DNA of 64,000 bases from Eledone cirrhosa (Eukaryota), in the NCBI GenBank assembly GCA_964016885.1, contig CAXHJY010001477.1:744001-808000 (forward strand), read 5' to 3'. Shown piece after piece: positions 11,017 to 22,680 of the stretch (the stretch's first letter is position 1; every line of letters begins with the position of its first letter). The translations under genes were made by a program, and so were the position numbers. The notes beneath the pieces were generated by a model. It saw nothing but the letters and a program-made list of their open reading frames with translations. It did not search any database and was not told the DNA's origin.

Positions 11017-11773
11017 ATCATCATCATCACCGTTTTACGTCTGTTCTTCCAAGCTAGCATGGGTTAAACGGGTTGTCCAGTTGTGGATAGTGTCTGGTCA
11101 GCTGACCATGCCTTGCTCATGCAGGAACTGATTCTGGCTTGATCTCTACAGCTGGATGCCCTTCCTAACACCAACCTCATTTACAGTGAGTGCTGGGTGC
11201 TTTTTTTGCTGTGGCAGCTCCACGACCACCTTGCATTAGGAGGGTGTGGGGGCATATTGTCTATATGCTTCAGCTTGTACCCATGGGAGGTCGGGTACTC
11301 TGTATTACTGCATGACGCCAGAGGTCACGGTCGTGTGTCATCGCCTTTGAGAGATGTAATTGGGTAAGGTCGGCTTTTATTATCTCATCCCAGGTCATCT
11401 TATGTCTCCCCACTGCGCGGTTTCCATCGACTTCTAGTGCTCTGCACCTTTTTATGCAGCTGTCATCCTTGATACGCATCACATGTCCATACCAGCGCAA
11501 CCGCCTCTCCTGCACACAGCATTTGATTCCTCTTATGCTCAGTCTCTCTCTCAATTCATTTAGTCTTTGTCGTTCTCATATATTACTGTTACACATCCAT
11601 CGGAGCATGAAGGCTTCGTTTCTCTCTAATCTACATAAGTCTTCCACCTTCAGCGCCCAGGTCTCACTACCATGCAACATCGCTGTTCGGATACACGCAT
11701 CAAAACAGTCTGCCTTTTATTCTGAGGGAGGAGCCTTTTGCAGCTAGCAGTGGTAGTAGTTCCCTAAACTTCT
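11017..11773 (-). mobile_element. 5'-truncated RTE-clade LINE fragment: ORF2 C-terminus, 3' UTR and (GAT)n tail
   Basis: Minus-strand translation KFRELLPLLAAKGSSLRIKGRLF/DACIRTAMLHGSETWALKVEDLCRLERNEAFMLRWMCN...LRERLSIRGIKCCVQERRLRWYGHVMR...GNRAVGRHKMTWDEII. YGSETW-like, RRLRWxGHV and GRPxxTW-like motifs are typical of the RTE ORF2 C-terminus. Stop at 11270. The element ends in ATCATCATCATC on + (11017-11028), the short-repeat tail typical of RTE elements. Confidence 0.93.
11270..11771 (-). pseudogene. RTE ORF2 C-terminal coding remnant (includes track ORF 11270..11554)
   Basis: One +1 frameshift (~11702) and one in-frame TGA (~11577); otherwise continuous similarity to the RTE ORF2 C-terminus. 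No N-terminal part is present. Confidence 0.85.
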
Positions 11774-14700
11774 GTGTCACTATGTCAGTGTGTCAGTGTC
11801 ACTATGTCAGTGTCACTATGTCAGTGTCACTATGTCAGTGTGTCACTATGTCAGTGTCACTATGTCAGTGTGTCACTATGTCACTATGTCAGTGTCACTA
11901 TGTCAGTGTCACTATGTCAGTGTCACTATGTCAGTGTCACTATGTCAGTGGCACTATGTCAGTGTCACTATGTCAGTGTCACTATGTCAGTGTCACTATG
12001 TCAGTGTGTCACTATGTCAGTGGCACTATGTCAGTGTCACTATGTCAGTGTCACTATGTCAGTGTCACTATGTCAGTGTCACTATGTCAGTGTCACTATG
12101 TCAGTGTCACTATGTCAGTGTGTCACTATGTCAGTGTCACTATGTCAGTGTGTCACTATGTCAGTGTCACTATGTCAGTGTCACTATGTCAGTGTCACTA
12201 TGTTAGTGTCACTATGTCAGTGTCACTATGTCAGTGTCACTATGTCAGTGTCACTATGTCAGTGTCACTGTGTCACTATGTCAGTGTCACTATGTCAGTG
12301 TCACTATGTCAGTGTCACTATGTCAGTGTGTCACTATGTCAGTGTCACTATATCAGTGTCACTATGTCAGTGTCAATATGTCAGTGAGTCACTATGTCAG
12401 TGTCACTATGTCAGTGTCACTATGTCAGTGTGTCACTATGTCACTATGTCAGTGTCACTATGTCAGTGTGTCACTATGTCAGTGTCACTATGTCAGTGTG
12501 TCACTATGTCAGTGTCACTATGTCAGTGTCACTATGTCAGTGTGTCACTATGTCAGTGTCACTATGTCAGTGTCACTATGTCAGTGTGTCACTATGTCAC
12601 TATGTCAGTGTCACTATGTCAGTGTCACTATGTCAGTGTCACTATGTCAGTGTCACTATGTCAGTGGCACTATGTCAGTGTCACTATGTCAGTGTCACTA
12701 TGTCAGTGTCACTATGTCAGTGTGTCACTATGTCACTATGTCAGTGTCACTATGTCAGTGTCACTATGTCAGTGTGTCACTATGTCAGTGTGTCACTATG
12801 TCAGTGTGTCACTATGTCAGTGTCACTATGTCAGTGTCACTATGTCACTGTCACTATGTCAGTGTGTCACTATGTCAGTGTGTCACTATGTCAGTGTGTC
12901 ACTATATCAGTGTCACAATATCAGTGTCACTATGTCAGTGTGTCACTATGTCAGTGTGTCACTATGTCAGTGTCACTATGTCAGTGTGTCACTATGTCAC
13001 TATGTCAGTGTCACTATGTCAGTGTCACTATGTCAGTGTGTCACTATGTCAGTGTCACTATGTCAGTGTGTCACTATGTCAGTGTGTCACTATGTCAGTG
13101 TCACTATGTCAGTGTCACTATGTCAGTGTCACTATGTTAGTGTCACTATGTCAGTGTCACTATGTCAGTGTCACTATGTCAGTGTCACTATGTCAGTGTC
13201 AGTGTGTCACTATGTCAGTGTCACTATGTCAGTGTCACTATGTCAGTGTCAATATGTCAGTGAGTCACTATGTCAGTGTCACTATGTCAGTGTCACTATG
13301 TCAGTGTGTCACTATGTCAGTGAGTCACTATGTCAGTGTGTCACTATGTCACTATGTCAGTGTCACTATGTCAGTGTGTCACTATGTCAGTGTCACTATG
13401 TCAGTGTGTCACTATGTCAGTGTCACTATGTCAGTGTCACTATGTCAGTGTGTCACTATGTCAGTGTCACTATGTCAGTGTCACTATGTCAGTGTCACTA
13501 TGTCAGTGTCACTATGTCAGTGTGTCAGTGTCACTATGTCAGTGTCACTATGTCAGTGTCACTATGTCAGTGTGTCACTATGTCAGTGTCACTATGTCAG
13601 TGTCACTATGTCAGTGTGTCACTATGTCAGTGTCACTATGTCAGTGTGTCACTATGTCAGTGTCACTATGTCAGTGTCACTATGTCAGTGTGTCACTATG
13701 TCAGTGTGTCACTATGTCAGTGTGTCACTATGTCAGTGTCACTATGTCAGTGTCACTATGTCAGTGTCACTATGTCAGTGTCACTATGTCAGTGTGTCAC
13801 TATGTCAGTGTCACTATGTCAGTGTCACTATGTCAGTGTTACTATGTCAGTGTCACTATGTCAGTGAGTCACTATGTCAGTGTTACTATGTCAGTGTCAC
13901 TATGTCAGTGTCACTATGTCAGTGTGTCACTATGTCAGTGTCACTATGTCAGTGTGTCACTATGTCAGTGTCACTATGTCAGTGTCACTATGTCAGTGTG
14001 TCACTATGTCAGTGTCACTATGTCAGTGTCACTATGTCAGTGTCACTATGTCAGTGTGTCACTATGTCAGTGTCACTATGTCAGTGTCACTATGTCAGTG
14101 TGTCACTATGTCAGTGTCACTATGTCAGTGTGTCACTATGTCAGTGTCACTATGTCAGTGTCACTATGTCAGTGTCACTATGTCAGTGTGTCACTATGTC
14201 AGTGTGTCACTATGTCAGTGTCACTATGTCAGTGTCACTATGTCAGTGTGTCACTATGTCAGTGTCACTATGTCAGTGTCACTATGTCAGTGTTACTATG
14301 TCAGTGTCACTATGTCAGTGTCACTATGTCAGTGTGTCACTATGTCAGTGTCACTATGTCAGAGTCACTATGTCAGTGTGTCACTATGTCAGTGTGTCAC
14401 TATGTCAGTGTCACTATGTCAGTGTCACTATGTCAGTGTGTCACTATGTCAGTGTCACTATGTCAGTGTCACTATGTTAGTGTCACTATGTCAGTGTCAC
14501 TATGTCAGTGTCACTATGTCAGTGTGTCACTATGTCAGTGTCACTATGTCAGTGTGTCACTATGTCAGTGTGTCACTATGTCAGTGTCACTATGTCAGTG
14601 TGTCCCTATGACTATGTCAGTGTCACTATGTCAGTGTCACTATGTCAGTGTGTCACTATGTCAGTGTCACTATGTCAGTGTGTCACTATGTCAGTGTCAC

Positions 14701-17700
14701 TATGTCAGTGTCACTATGTCAGTGTGTCACTATGTCACTATGTCAGTGTCACTATGTCAGTGTGTCACTATGTCAGTGTGTCACTATGTCAGTGTCACTA
14801 TGTCAGTGTGTCACTATGTCAGTGTGTCACTATGTCAGTGTGTCACTATGTCAGTGGCACTATGTCAGTGTCAGTATGTCAGTGTCACTATGTCAGTGTG
14901 TCACTATGTCAGTGTGTCACTATGTCAGTGTCACTATGTCAGTGTCACTATGTCAGTGTGTCACTATGTCAGTGTGTCACTATGTCAGTGTCACTATGTC
15001 AGTGTCACTATGTCAGTGTCACTATGTCAGTGTGTCACTATGTCAGTGTCACTATGTCAGTGTGTCACTATGTCAGTGTCACTATGTCAGTGTCACTATG
15101 TCAGTGTCACTATGTCAGTGTCACAAATGTCAGTGTGTCACTATGTCAGTGTCACTATGTCAGTGTCACTATGTCAGTGTCACTATGTCAGTGTGTCACT
15201 ATGTCAGTGTCACTATGTCAGTGTGTCACTATGTCAGTGTCACTATGTCAGTGTCACTATGTCAGTGTCACTATGTCAGTGTCACTATGTCAGTGTGTCA
15301 CTATGTCAGTGTCACTATGTCAGTGTCACTATGTCAGTGTCACTATGTCAGTCTCACTATGTCAGTGTCACTATGTCACTGTCACTATGTCAGTGTCACT
15401 ATGTCACTATGTCACTATGTCAGTGTCACTATGTCAGTGTGTCACTATGTCAGTGTGTCACTATGTCAGTGTCACTATGTCAGTGTCACTATGTCAGTGT
15501 GTCACTATGTCAGTGTCACTATGTCACTATGTCAGTGTGTCACTATGTCAGTGTGTCACTATGTCAGTGTCACTATGCCAGTGTGTCACTATGTCAGTGT
15601 CACTATGTCAGTGTCACTATGTCAGTGTCACTATGTCAGTGTGTCACTATGTCAGTGTCACTATGTCAGTGTGTCACTATGTCAGTGTCACTATGTCAGT
15701 GTGTCACTATGTCACTATGTCAGTGTCACTATGTCAGTGTGTCACTATGTCAGTGTCACTATGTCAGTGTGTCACTATGTCAGTGTCACTATGTCAGTGT
15801 GTCACTATGTCAGTGTCACTATGTCAGTGTCACTATGTCAGTGTGTCACTATGTCAGTGTCACTATGTCAGTGTCACTATGTCAGTGTGTCACTATGTCA
15901 GTGTCACTATGTCAGTGTGTCACTATGTCAGTGTCACTATGTCAGTGTCACTATGTCAGTGTCACTATGTCAGTGTGTCACTATGTCAGTGTGTCACTAT
16001 GTCAGTGTCACTATGTCAGTGTCACTATGTCAGTGTGTCACTATGTCAGTGTCACTATGTCAGTGTCACTATGTCAGTGTTACTATGTCAGTGTCACTAT
16101 GTCAGTGTCACTATGTCAGTGTGTCACTATGTCAGTGTCACTATGTCAGAGTCACTATGTCAGTGTGTCACTATGTCAGTGTGTCACTATGTCAGTGTCA
16201 CTATGTCAGTGTCACTATGTCAGTGTGTCACTATGTCAGTGTCACTATGTCAGTGTCACTATGTTAGTGTCACTATGTCAGTGTCACTATGTCAGTGTCA
16301 CTATGTCAGTGTGTCACTATGTCAGTGTCACTATGTCAGTGTGTCACTATGTCAGTGTGTCACTATGTCAGTGTCACTATGTCAGTGTGTCCCTATGACT
16401 ATGTCAGTGTCACTATGTCAGTGTCACTATGTCAGTGTGTCACTATGTCAGTGTCACTATGTCAGTGTGTCACTATGTCAGTGTGTCACTATGTCAGTGT
16501 CACTATGTCAGTGTGTCACTATGTCAGTGTCACTATGTCAGTGTCACTATGTCAGTGTGTCACTATGTCACTATGTCAGTGTCACTATGTCAGTGTGTCA
16601 CTATGTCAGTGTGTCACTATGTCAGTGTCACTATGTCAGTGTGTCACTATGTCAGTGTGTCACTATGTCAGTGTGTCACTATGTCAGTGTCACTATGTCA
16701 GTGGCACTATGTCAGTGTCAGTATGTCAGTGTCACTATGTCAGTGTGTCACTATGTCAGTGTGTCACTATGTCAGTGTCACTATGTCAGTGTCACTATGT
16801 CAGTGTGTCACTATGTCAGTGTGTCACTATGTCAGTGTCACTATGTCAGTGTCACTATGTCAGTGTCACTATGTCAGTGTGTCACTATGTCAGTGTCACT
16901 ATGTCAGTGTGTCACTATGTCAGTGTCACTATGTCAGTGTCACTATGTCAGTGTCACTATGTCAGTGTCACAAATATCAGTGTGTCACTATGTCAGTGTC
17001 ACTATGTCAGTGTCACTATGTCAGTGTCACTATGTCAGTGTGTCACTATGTCAGTGTCACTATGTCAGTGTGTCACTATGTCAGTGTCACTATGTCAGTG
17101 TCACTATGTCAGTGTCACTATGTCAGTGTGTCACTATGTCAGTGTCACTATGTCAGTGTCACTATGTCAGTGTCACTATGTCAGTCTCACTATGTCAGTG
17201 TCACTATGTCAGTGTCACTATGTCAGTGTCACTATGTCACTATGTCACTATGTCAGTGTCACTATGTCAGTGTGTCACTATGTCAGTGTGTCACTATGTC
17301 AGTGTCACTATGTCAGTGTCACTATGTCAGTGTGTCACCATGTCAGTGTCACTATGTCACTATGTCAGTGTGTCACTATGTCAGTGTGTCACTATGTCAG
17401 TGTCACTATGTCAGTGTCACTATGTCAGTGTCACTATGTCAGTGTGTCACTATGTCAGTGTGTCACTATGTCAGTGTCACTATGTCAGTGTCACTATGTC
17501 AGTGTCACTATGTCAGTGTGTCACTATGTCAGTGTCACTATGTCAGTGTCACTATGTCACAATGTCAGTGTCACTATGTCAGTGTCACTATGTCAGTGTG
17601 TCAGTATGTCAGTGTCACTATGTCAGTGTCACTATGTCAGTGTGTCACTATGTCAGTGTCACTATGTTAGTGTCACTATGTCAGTGTGTCACTATGTCAG

Positions 17701-20700
17701 TATCACTATGTCAGTGTCACTATGTCAGTGTGTCACTATGTCAGTGTCACTATGTCAGTGTCACTATGTCAGTGTGTCACTATGTCAGTGTCACTATGTC
17801 AGTGTGTCACTATGTCAGTATCACTATGTCAGTGTCACTATGTCAGTGTGTCACTATGTCAGTGTCACTATGTCAGTGTCACTATGTCAGTGTGTCACTA
17901 TGTCAGTGTCACTATGTCAGTGTGTCACTATGTCAGTGTCACTATGTCAGTGTGTCACTATGTCAGTGTCACTATGTCAGTGTCACTATGTCAGTGTGTC
18001 ACTATGTCAGTGTCACAATGTCAGTGTCACTATGTCAGTGTCACTATGTCAGTGTGTCACTAAGTCAGTGTGTCACTATGTCAGTGTGTCACTATGTCAG
18101 TGTCACTATGTCAGTGTGTCACTATGTCAGTGTGTCACTATGTCAGTGTCACTATGTCAGTGTGTCACTATGTCAGTGTCACTATGTCAGTGTCACTATG
18201 TCAGTCTCACTATGTCAGTGTGTCACTATGTCAGTGTCACTATGTCAGTGTCACTATGTCAGTGTCACTATGTCAGTGTCACTATGTCAGTGTGTCACTA
18301 TGTCAGTGTGTCAGTATGTCAGTGAAACTATGTCAGTGTCACTATGTCAGTGTGTCACTATGTCAGTGTCACTATGTCAGTGTCACTATGTCAGTGTCAC
18401 TATGTCAGTGTCACTATGTCAGTGTGTCACTATGTCAGTGTCACTATGTCAGTGTCACTATGTCAGTGTCACTATGTCACTATGTCAGTGTCACTATGTC
18501 AGTGTCACTATGTCACTATGTCAGTGTGTCACTATGTCAGTGTCACTATGTCAGTGTGTCACTATGTCAGTGTCACTATGTCACTATGTCAGTGTCACTA
18601 TGTCAGTGTGTCACTATGTCAGTGTCACTATGTCAGTGTGTCACTATGTCAGTGTCACTATGTCACTATGTCAGTGTCACTATGTCACTATGTCAGTGTC
18701 ACTATGTCAGTGTCACTATGTCAGTGTCACTATGTCACTATGTCAGTGTGTCACTATGTCACTATGTCAGTGTGTCACTATGTCAGTGTCACTATGTCAG
18801 TGTGTCACTATGTCACTATGTCAGTGTGTCACTATGTCAGTGTGTCACTATGTCAGTGTCACTATGTCAGTGTGTCACTATGTCAGTGTGTCACTATGTC
18901 AGTGTCACTATGTCAGTGTGTCACTATGTCAGTGTCACTATGTCAGTGTGTCACTATGTCAGTGTCACTATGTCAGTGTCACTATGTCAGTGTCACTATG
19001 TGAGTGTCACTATGTCAGTGTGTCACTATGTCAGTGTCACTATGTCAGTGTGTCACTATGTCAGTGTGTCACTATGTCAGTGTCACTATGTCAGTGTCAC
19101 TATGTCAGTGTCACTATGTCAGTGTGTCACTATGTCAGTGTCACTATGTCAGTGTGTCACTATGTCAGTGTGTCACTATGTCAGTGTCACTATGTCAGTG
19201 TCACTATGTCAGTGTCACTATGTCAGTGTCACTATGTCAGTGTGTCACTATGTCAGTGTGTCACTATGTCAGTGTCACTATGTCAGTGTCACTATGTCAC
19301 TATGTCAGTGTGTCACTATGTCAGTGTCACTATGTCAGTGTCACTATGTCAGTGTGTCACTATGTCAGTGTCACTATGTCAGTGTCACTATGTCAGTGTG
19401 TCACTATGTCAGTGTGTCACTATGTCAGTGTCACTATGTCAGTGTCACTATGTCAGTGTGTCACTATGTCAGTGTCACTATGTCAGTGTGTCACTATGTC
19501 AGTGTCACTATGTCAGTGTGTCACTATGTCAGTGTCACTATGTCAGTGTGTCACTATGTCAGTGTGTCACTATGTCAGTGTCACTATTTCAGTGTCACTA
19601 TGTCACTATGTCAGTGTCACTATGTCAGTGTGTCACTATGTCAGTGTGTCACTATGTCAGTGTCACTATGTCAGTGTCACTATGTCAGTGTCACTATGTC
19701 AGTGTCACTATGTCAGTGTGTCACTATGTCAGTGTCACTATGTCAGTGACACTATGTCAGTGACACTATGTCAGTGTGTCACTATGTCAGTGTGTCACTA
19801 TGTCAGTGTCACTATGTCAGTGTCACTATGTCAGTGTCACTATGTCAGTGTCACTATGTCAGTGTGTCACTATGTCAGTGTCACTATGTCAGTGTCACTA
19901 TGTCAGTGTGTCACTATGTCAGTGTCACTATGTCAGTGTCACTATGTCAGTGTGTCACTATGTCAGTGTGTCACTATGTCAGTGTCACTATGTCAGTGTC
20001 ACTATGTCAGTGTCACTATGTCAGTGTCACTATGTCAGTGTGTCACTATGTCAGTGTCACTATGTCAGTGTCACTATGTCAGTGTCACTATGTCAGTGTC
20101 ACTATGTCAGTGTGTCACTATGTCAGTGTCACTATGTCAGTGTCACTATGTCAGTGTCACTATGTCAGTGTGTCACTATGTCAGTGTGTCACTATGTCAG
20201 TGTGTCACTATGTCAGTGTCACTATGTCAGTGTCACTATGTCAGTGTCACTATGTAAGTATGTCACTATGTCAGTGTCATTATGTCAGTGTGTCACTATG
20301 TCAGTGAGTCACTATGTCAGTGTCACTATGTCAGTGTCACTATGTCAGTGTGTCACTATGTCAGTGTGTCACTATGTCAGTGTCACTATGTCACTGTCAC
20401 TATGTCAGTGTGTCACTATGTCAGTGTGTCACTATGTCAGTGTGTCACTATGTCAGTCTCACTATGTCAGTGTCACTATGTCAGTGTCACTATGTCAGTG
20501 TCACTATGTCAGTGTCACTATGTCAGTGTGTCACTATGTCAGTGTGTCACTATGTCAGTGTGTCACTATGTCAGTGTGTCACTATGTCAGTGTGTCACTA
20601 TGTCAGTGTCACTATGTCAGTGTCACTATGTCAGTGTCACTATGTCAGTGTCACTATGTCAGTGTCACTATGTCAGTGTGTCACTATGTCAGTGTCACTA

Positions 20701-22330
20701 TGTCAGTGTGTCACTATGTCACTATGTCAGTGTCACTATGTCAGTGTCACTATGTCAGTGTCACTATGTCAGTGTCACTATGTCAGTGTCACTATGTCAG
20801 TGTCACTATGTCAGTGTCACTATGTCAGTATCACTATGTCAGTGTCACTATGTCAGTGTGTCACTATGTCAGTGTCACTATGTCAGTGTGTCACTATGTT
20901 AGTGTCACTATGTCAGTGTCACTCTGTCAGTGTCACTATGTCAGTGTCACTATGTCAGTGTCACTATGTCAGTGTGTCACTATGTCAGTGTGTCACTATG
21001 TCAGCGTCACTATGTCAGTGTCACTATGTCAGTGTGTCACTATGTCAGTGTCACTATGTCAGTGTGTCACTATGTCAGTGTCACTATGTCAGTGTCACTA
21101 TGTCAGTGTCACTATGTCAGTGTGTCACTATGTCAGTGTCACTATGTCAGTGTCACTATGTCAGTGTGTCACTATGTCAGTGTCACTATGTCAGTGTCAC
21201 TATGTCAGTGTCACTATGTCAGTGTCACTATGTCAGTGTCACTATGTCAGTGTGTCACTATGTCAGTGTCACTATGTCAGTGTGTCACTATCACTATGTC
21301 AGTGTCACTATGTCACTGTCACTATGTCAGTGTCACTATGTCAGTGTCACTATGTCAGTGTCACTATGTCAGTGTGTCACTATGTCAGTGTCACTATGTC
21401 AGTGTCACTATGTCAGTGTCACTATGTCAGTGTGTCACTATGTCAGTGTCACTATGTCAGTGTGTCACTATGTCAGTGTCACTATGTCACTATGTCAGTG
21501 TCACTATGTCAGTGTGTCACTATGTCAGTGTGTCACTATGTCAGTGCCACTATGTCAGTGTCACTATGTCAGTGTGTCACTATGTCAGTGTGTCACTATG
21601 TCAGTGTCACTATGTCAGTGTCACTATGTCAGTGTCACTATGTCAGTATGTCACTATGTCAGTGTGTCACTATGTCAGTGTCACTATGTCAGTGTCACTA
21701 TGTCACTGTCACTATGTCAGTGTGTCACTATGTCAGTGTGTCACTATGTCAGTGTCACTATGTCAGTGTGTCACTATGTCACTATGTCAGTGTCACTATG
21801 TCAGTGTGTCACTATGTCAGTGTGTCACTATGTCAGTGTGTCACTATGTCAGTGTGTCACTATGTCAGTGTCACTATGTCAGTGTCACTATGTCAGTGTC
21901 ACTATGTCAGTGTGTCACTATGTCAGTGTGTCACTATGTCAGTGTCACAATGTCAGTGTCACTATGTCAGTGTGTCACTATGTCAGTGTCACTATGTCAG
22001 TGTCACTATGTCAGTGTGTCACTATGTCAGTGTCACTATGTCAGTGTCACTATGTCAGTGTCACTATGTCAGTGTCACTATGTCTGTGTCACTGTGTTAG
22101 TGTCACTATGTCACTATGTCAGTGTCTATATGTCAGTGTGTCACTATGTCACTGTGTCTATATGTCACTATGTCTATATGTCACTGTGTCTATATGTCAC
22201 TGTGTCTATATGTCACTGTGTCACTGTGTCTATATGTCACTATGTCACTGTGACTATATGTCACCATGTCTATCTGTCACCATGTCTATCTGTCACCGTG
22301 TCACCATGTCACCATACACTACTATGTCAG
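11774..22330 (+). repeat. Short-period satellite (Sat-B), 14-bp unit TGTCACTATGTCAG with 16-bp (+TG) and 8-bp (TGTCACTA) variants, ~10.5 kb
   Basis: Directly visible. Homogeneous from 11774 to ~22080, then degenerating (TGTCTATA, TCACCATG variants) to ~22330. Confidence 0.98.
14000..17400 (+). repeat. Higher-order duplication within Sat-B, offset ~1.79-1.85 kb
   Basis: Rare variants AGAGTCAC 14361/16148 and CCCTATGACT 14604/16391 recur at offset 1787; CAAAT 15124/16971 at offset 1847. Boundaries are approximate. Confidence 0.8.
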
Positions 22331-22411
22331 CCTTACTAGTGTTATATAGTACTGTCCAGTAAGTCTGTTTATTCATTGTTGAAATACTTGAATATTCTTT
22401 GTCAGGTTAGT

Positions 22412-22680
22412 CACACACACACACACACACACTGGCAGCAACATTTGCTGGCACACACACACACTGGCACACACACACACACATAGGTAGCAACATTTGC
22501 AGTCACGCACACACACTGGCAGCAACATTTGCTGGCACACACACATCCACACACTGGCACACAGACACACACTGTTGCATTACACATACACGTCAACACA
22601 CACACACACATACTGACGCATTTCAACACATACACACATGTACATTGACATACATGCTCACACAGACACATAAAACACAA
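22412..22680 (+). repeat. Compound (CA)n microsatellite interrupted by repeated CTGGCAGCAACATTTGCTGG-type motifs
   Basis: (CA)n runs start at 22412. CTGGCAGCAACATTTGCTGGCACAC occurs at ~22432 and ~22516, with a variant GTAGCAACATTTGCAG at ~22487. Confidence 0.9.

Noticed and set aside
11454-11747. Plus-strand 97-aa ORF
   Set aside because: Antisense to the RTE ORF2 remnant, with no independent support.
11774-22362. Very long Cys/Val/Ser-rich ORFs (up to 1753 aa) in all three + frames
   Set aside because: The 14/16/8-bp unit simply lacks stop codons on +. All frames give the same permuted peptide and unit lengths are not multiples of 3, so this is not a metallothionein- or keratin-like gene.
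22331-22411. Unique 80-bp spacer with splice-like signals (GTAAGT at 22359, TTCTTTGTCAG|GTTAGT at ~22395-22411)
   Set aside because: The implied intron (~47 nt) or exon is not supported by any coding context. Such motifs arise by chance; RNA-seq would be needed.
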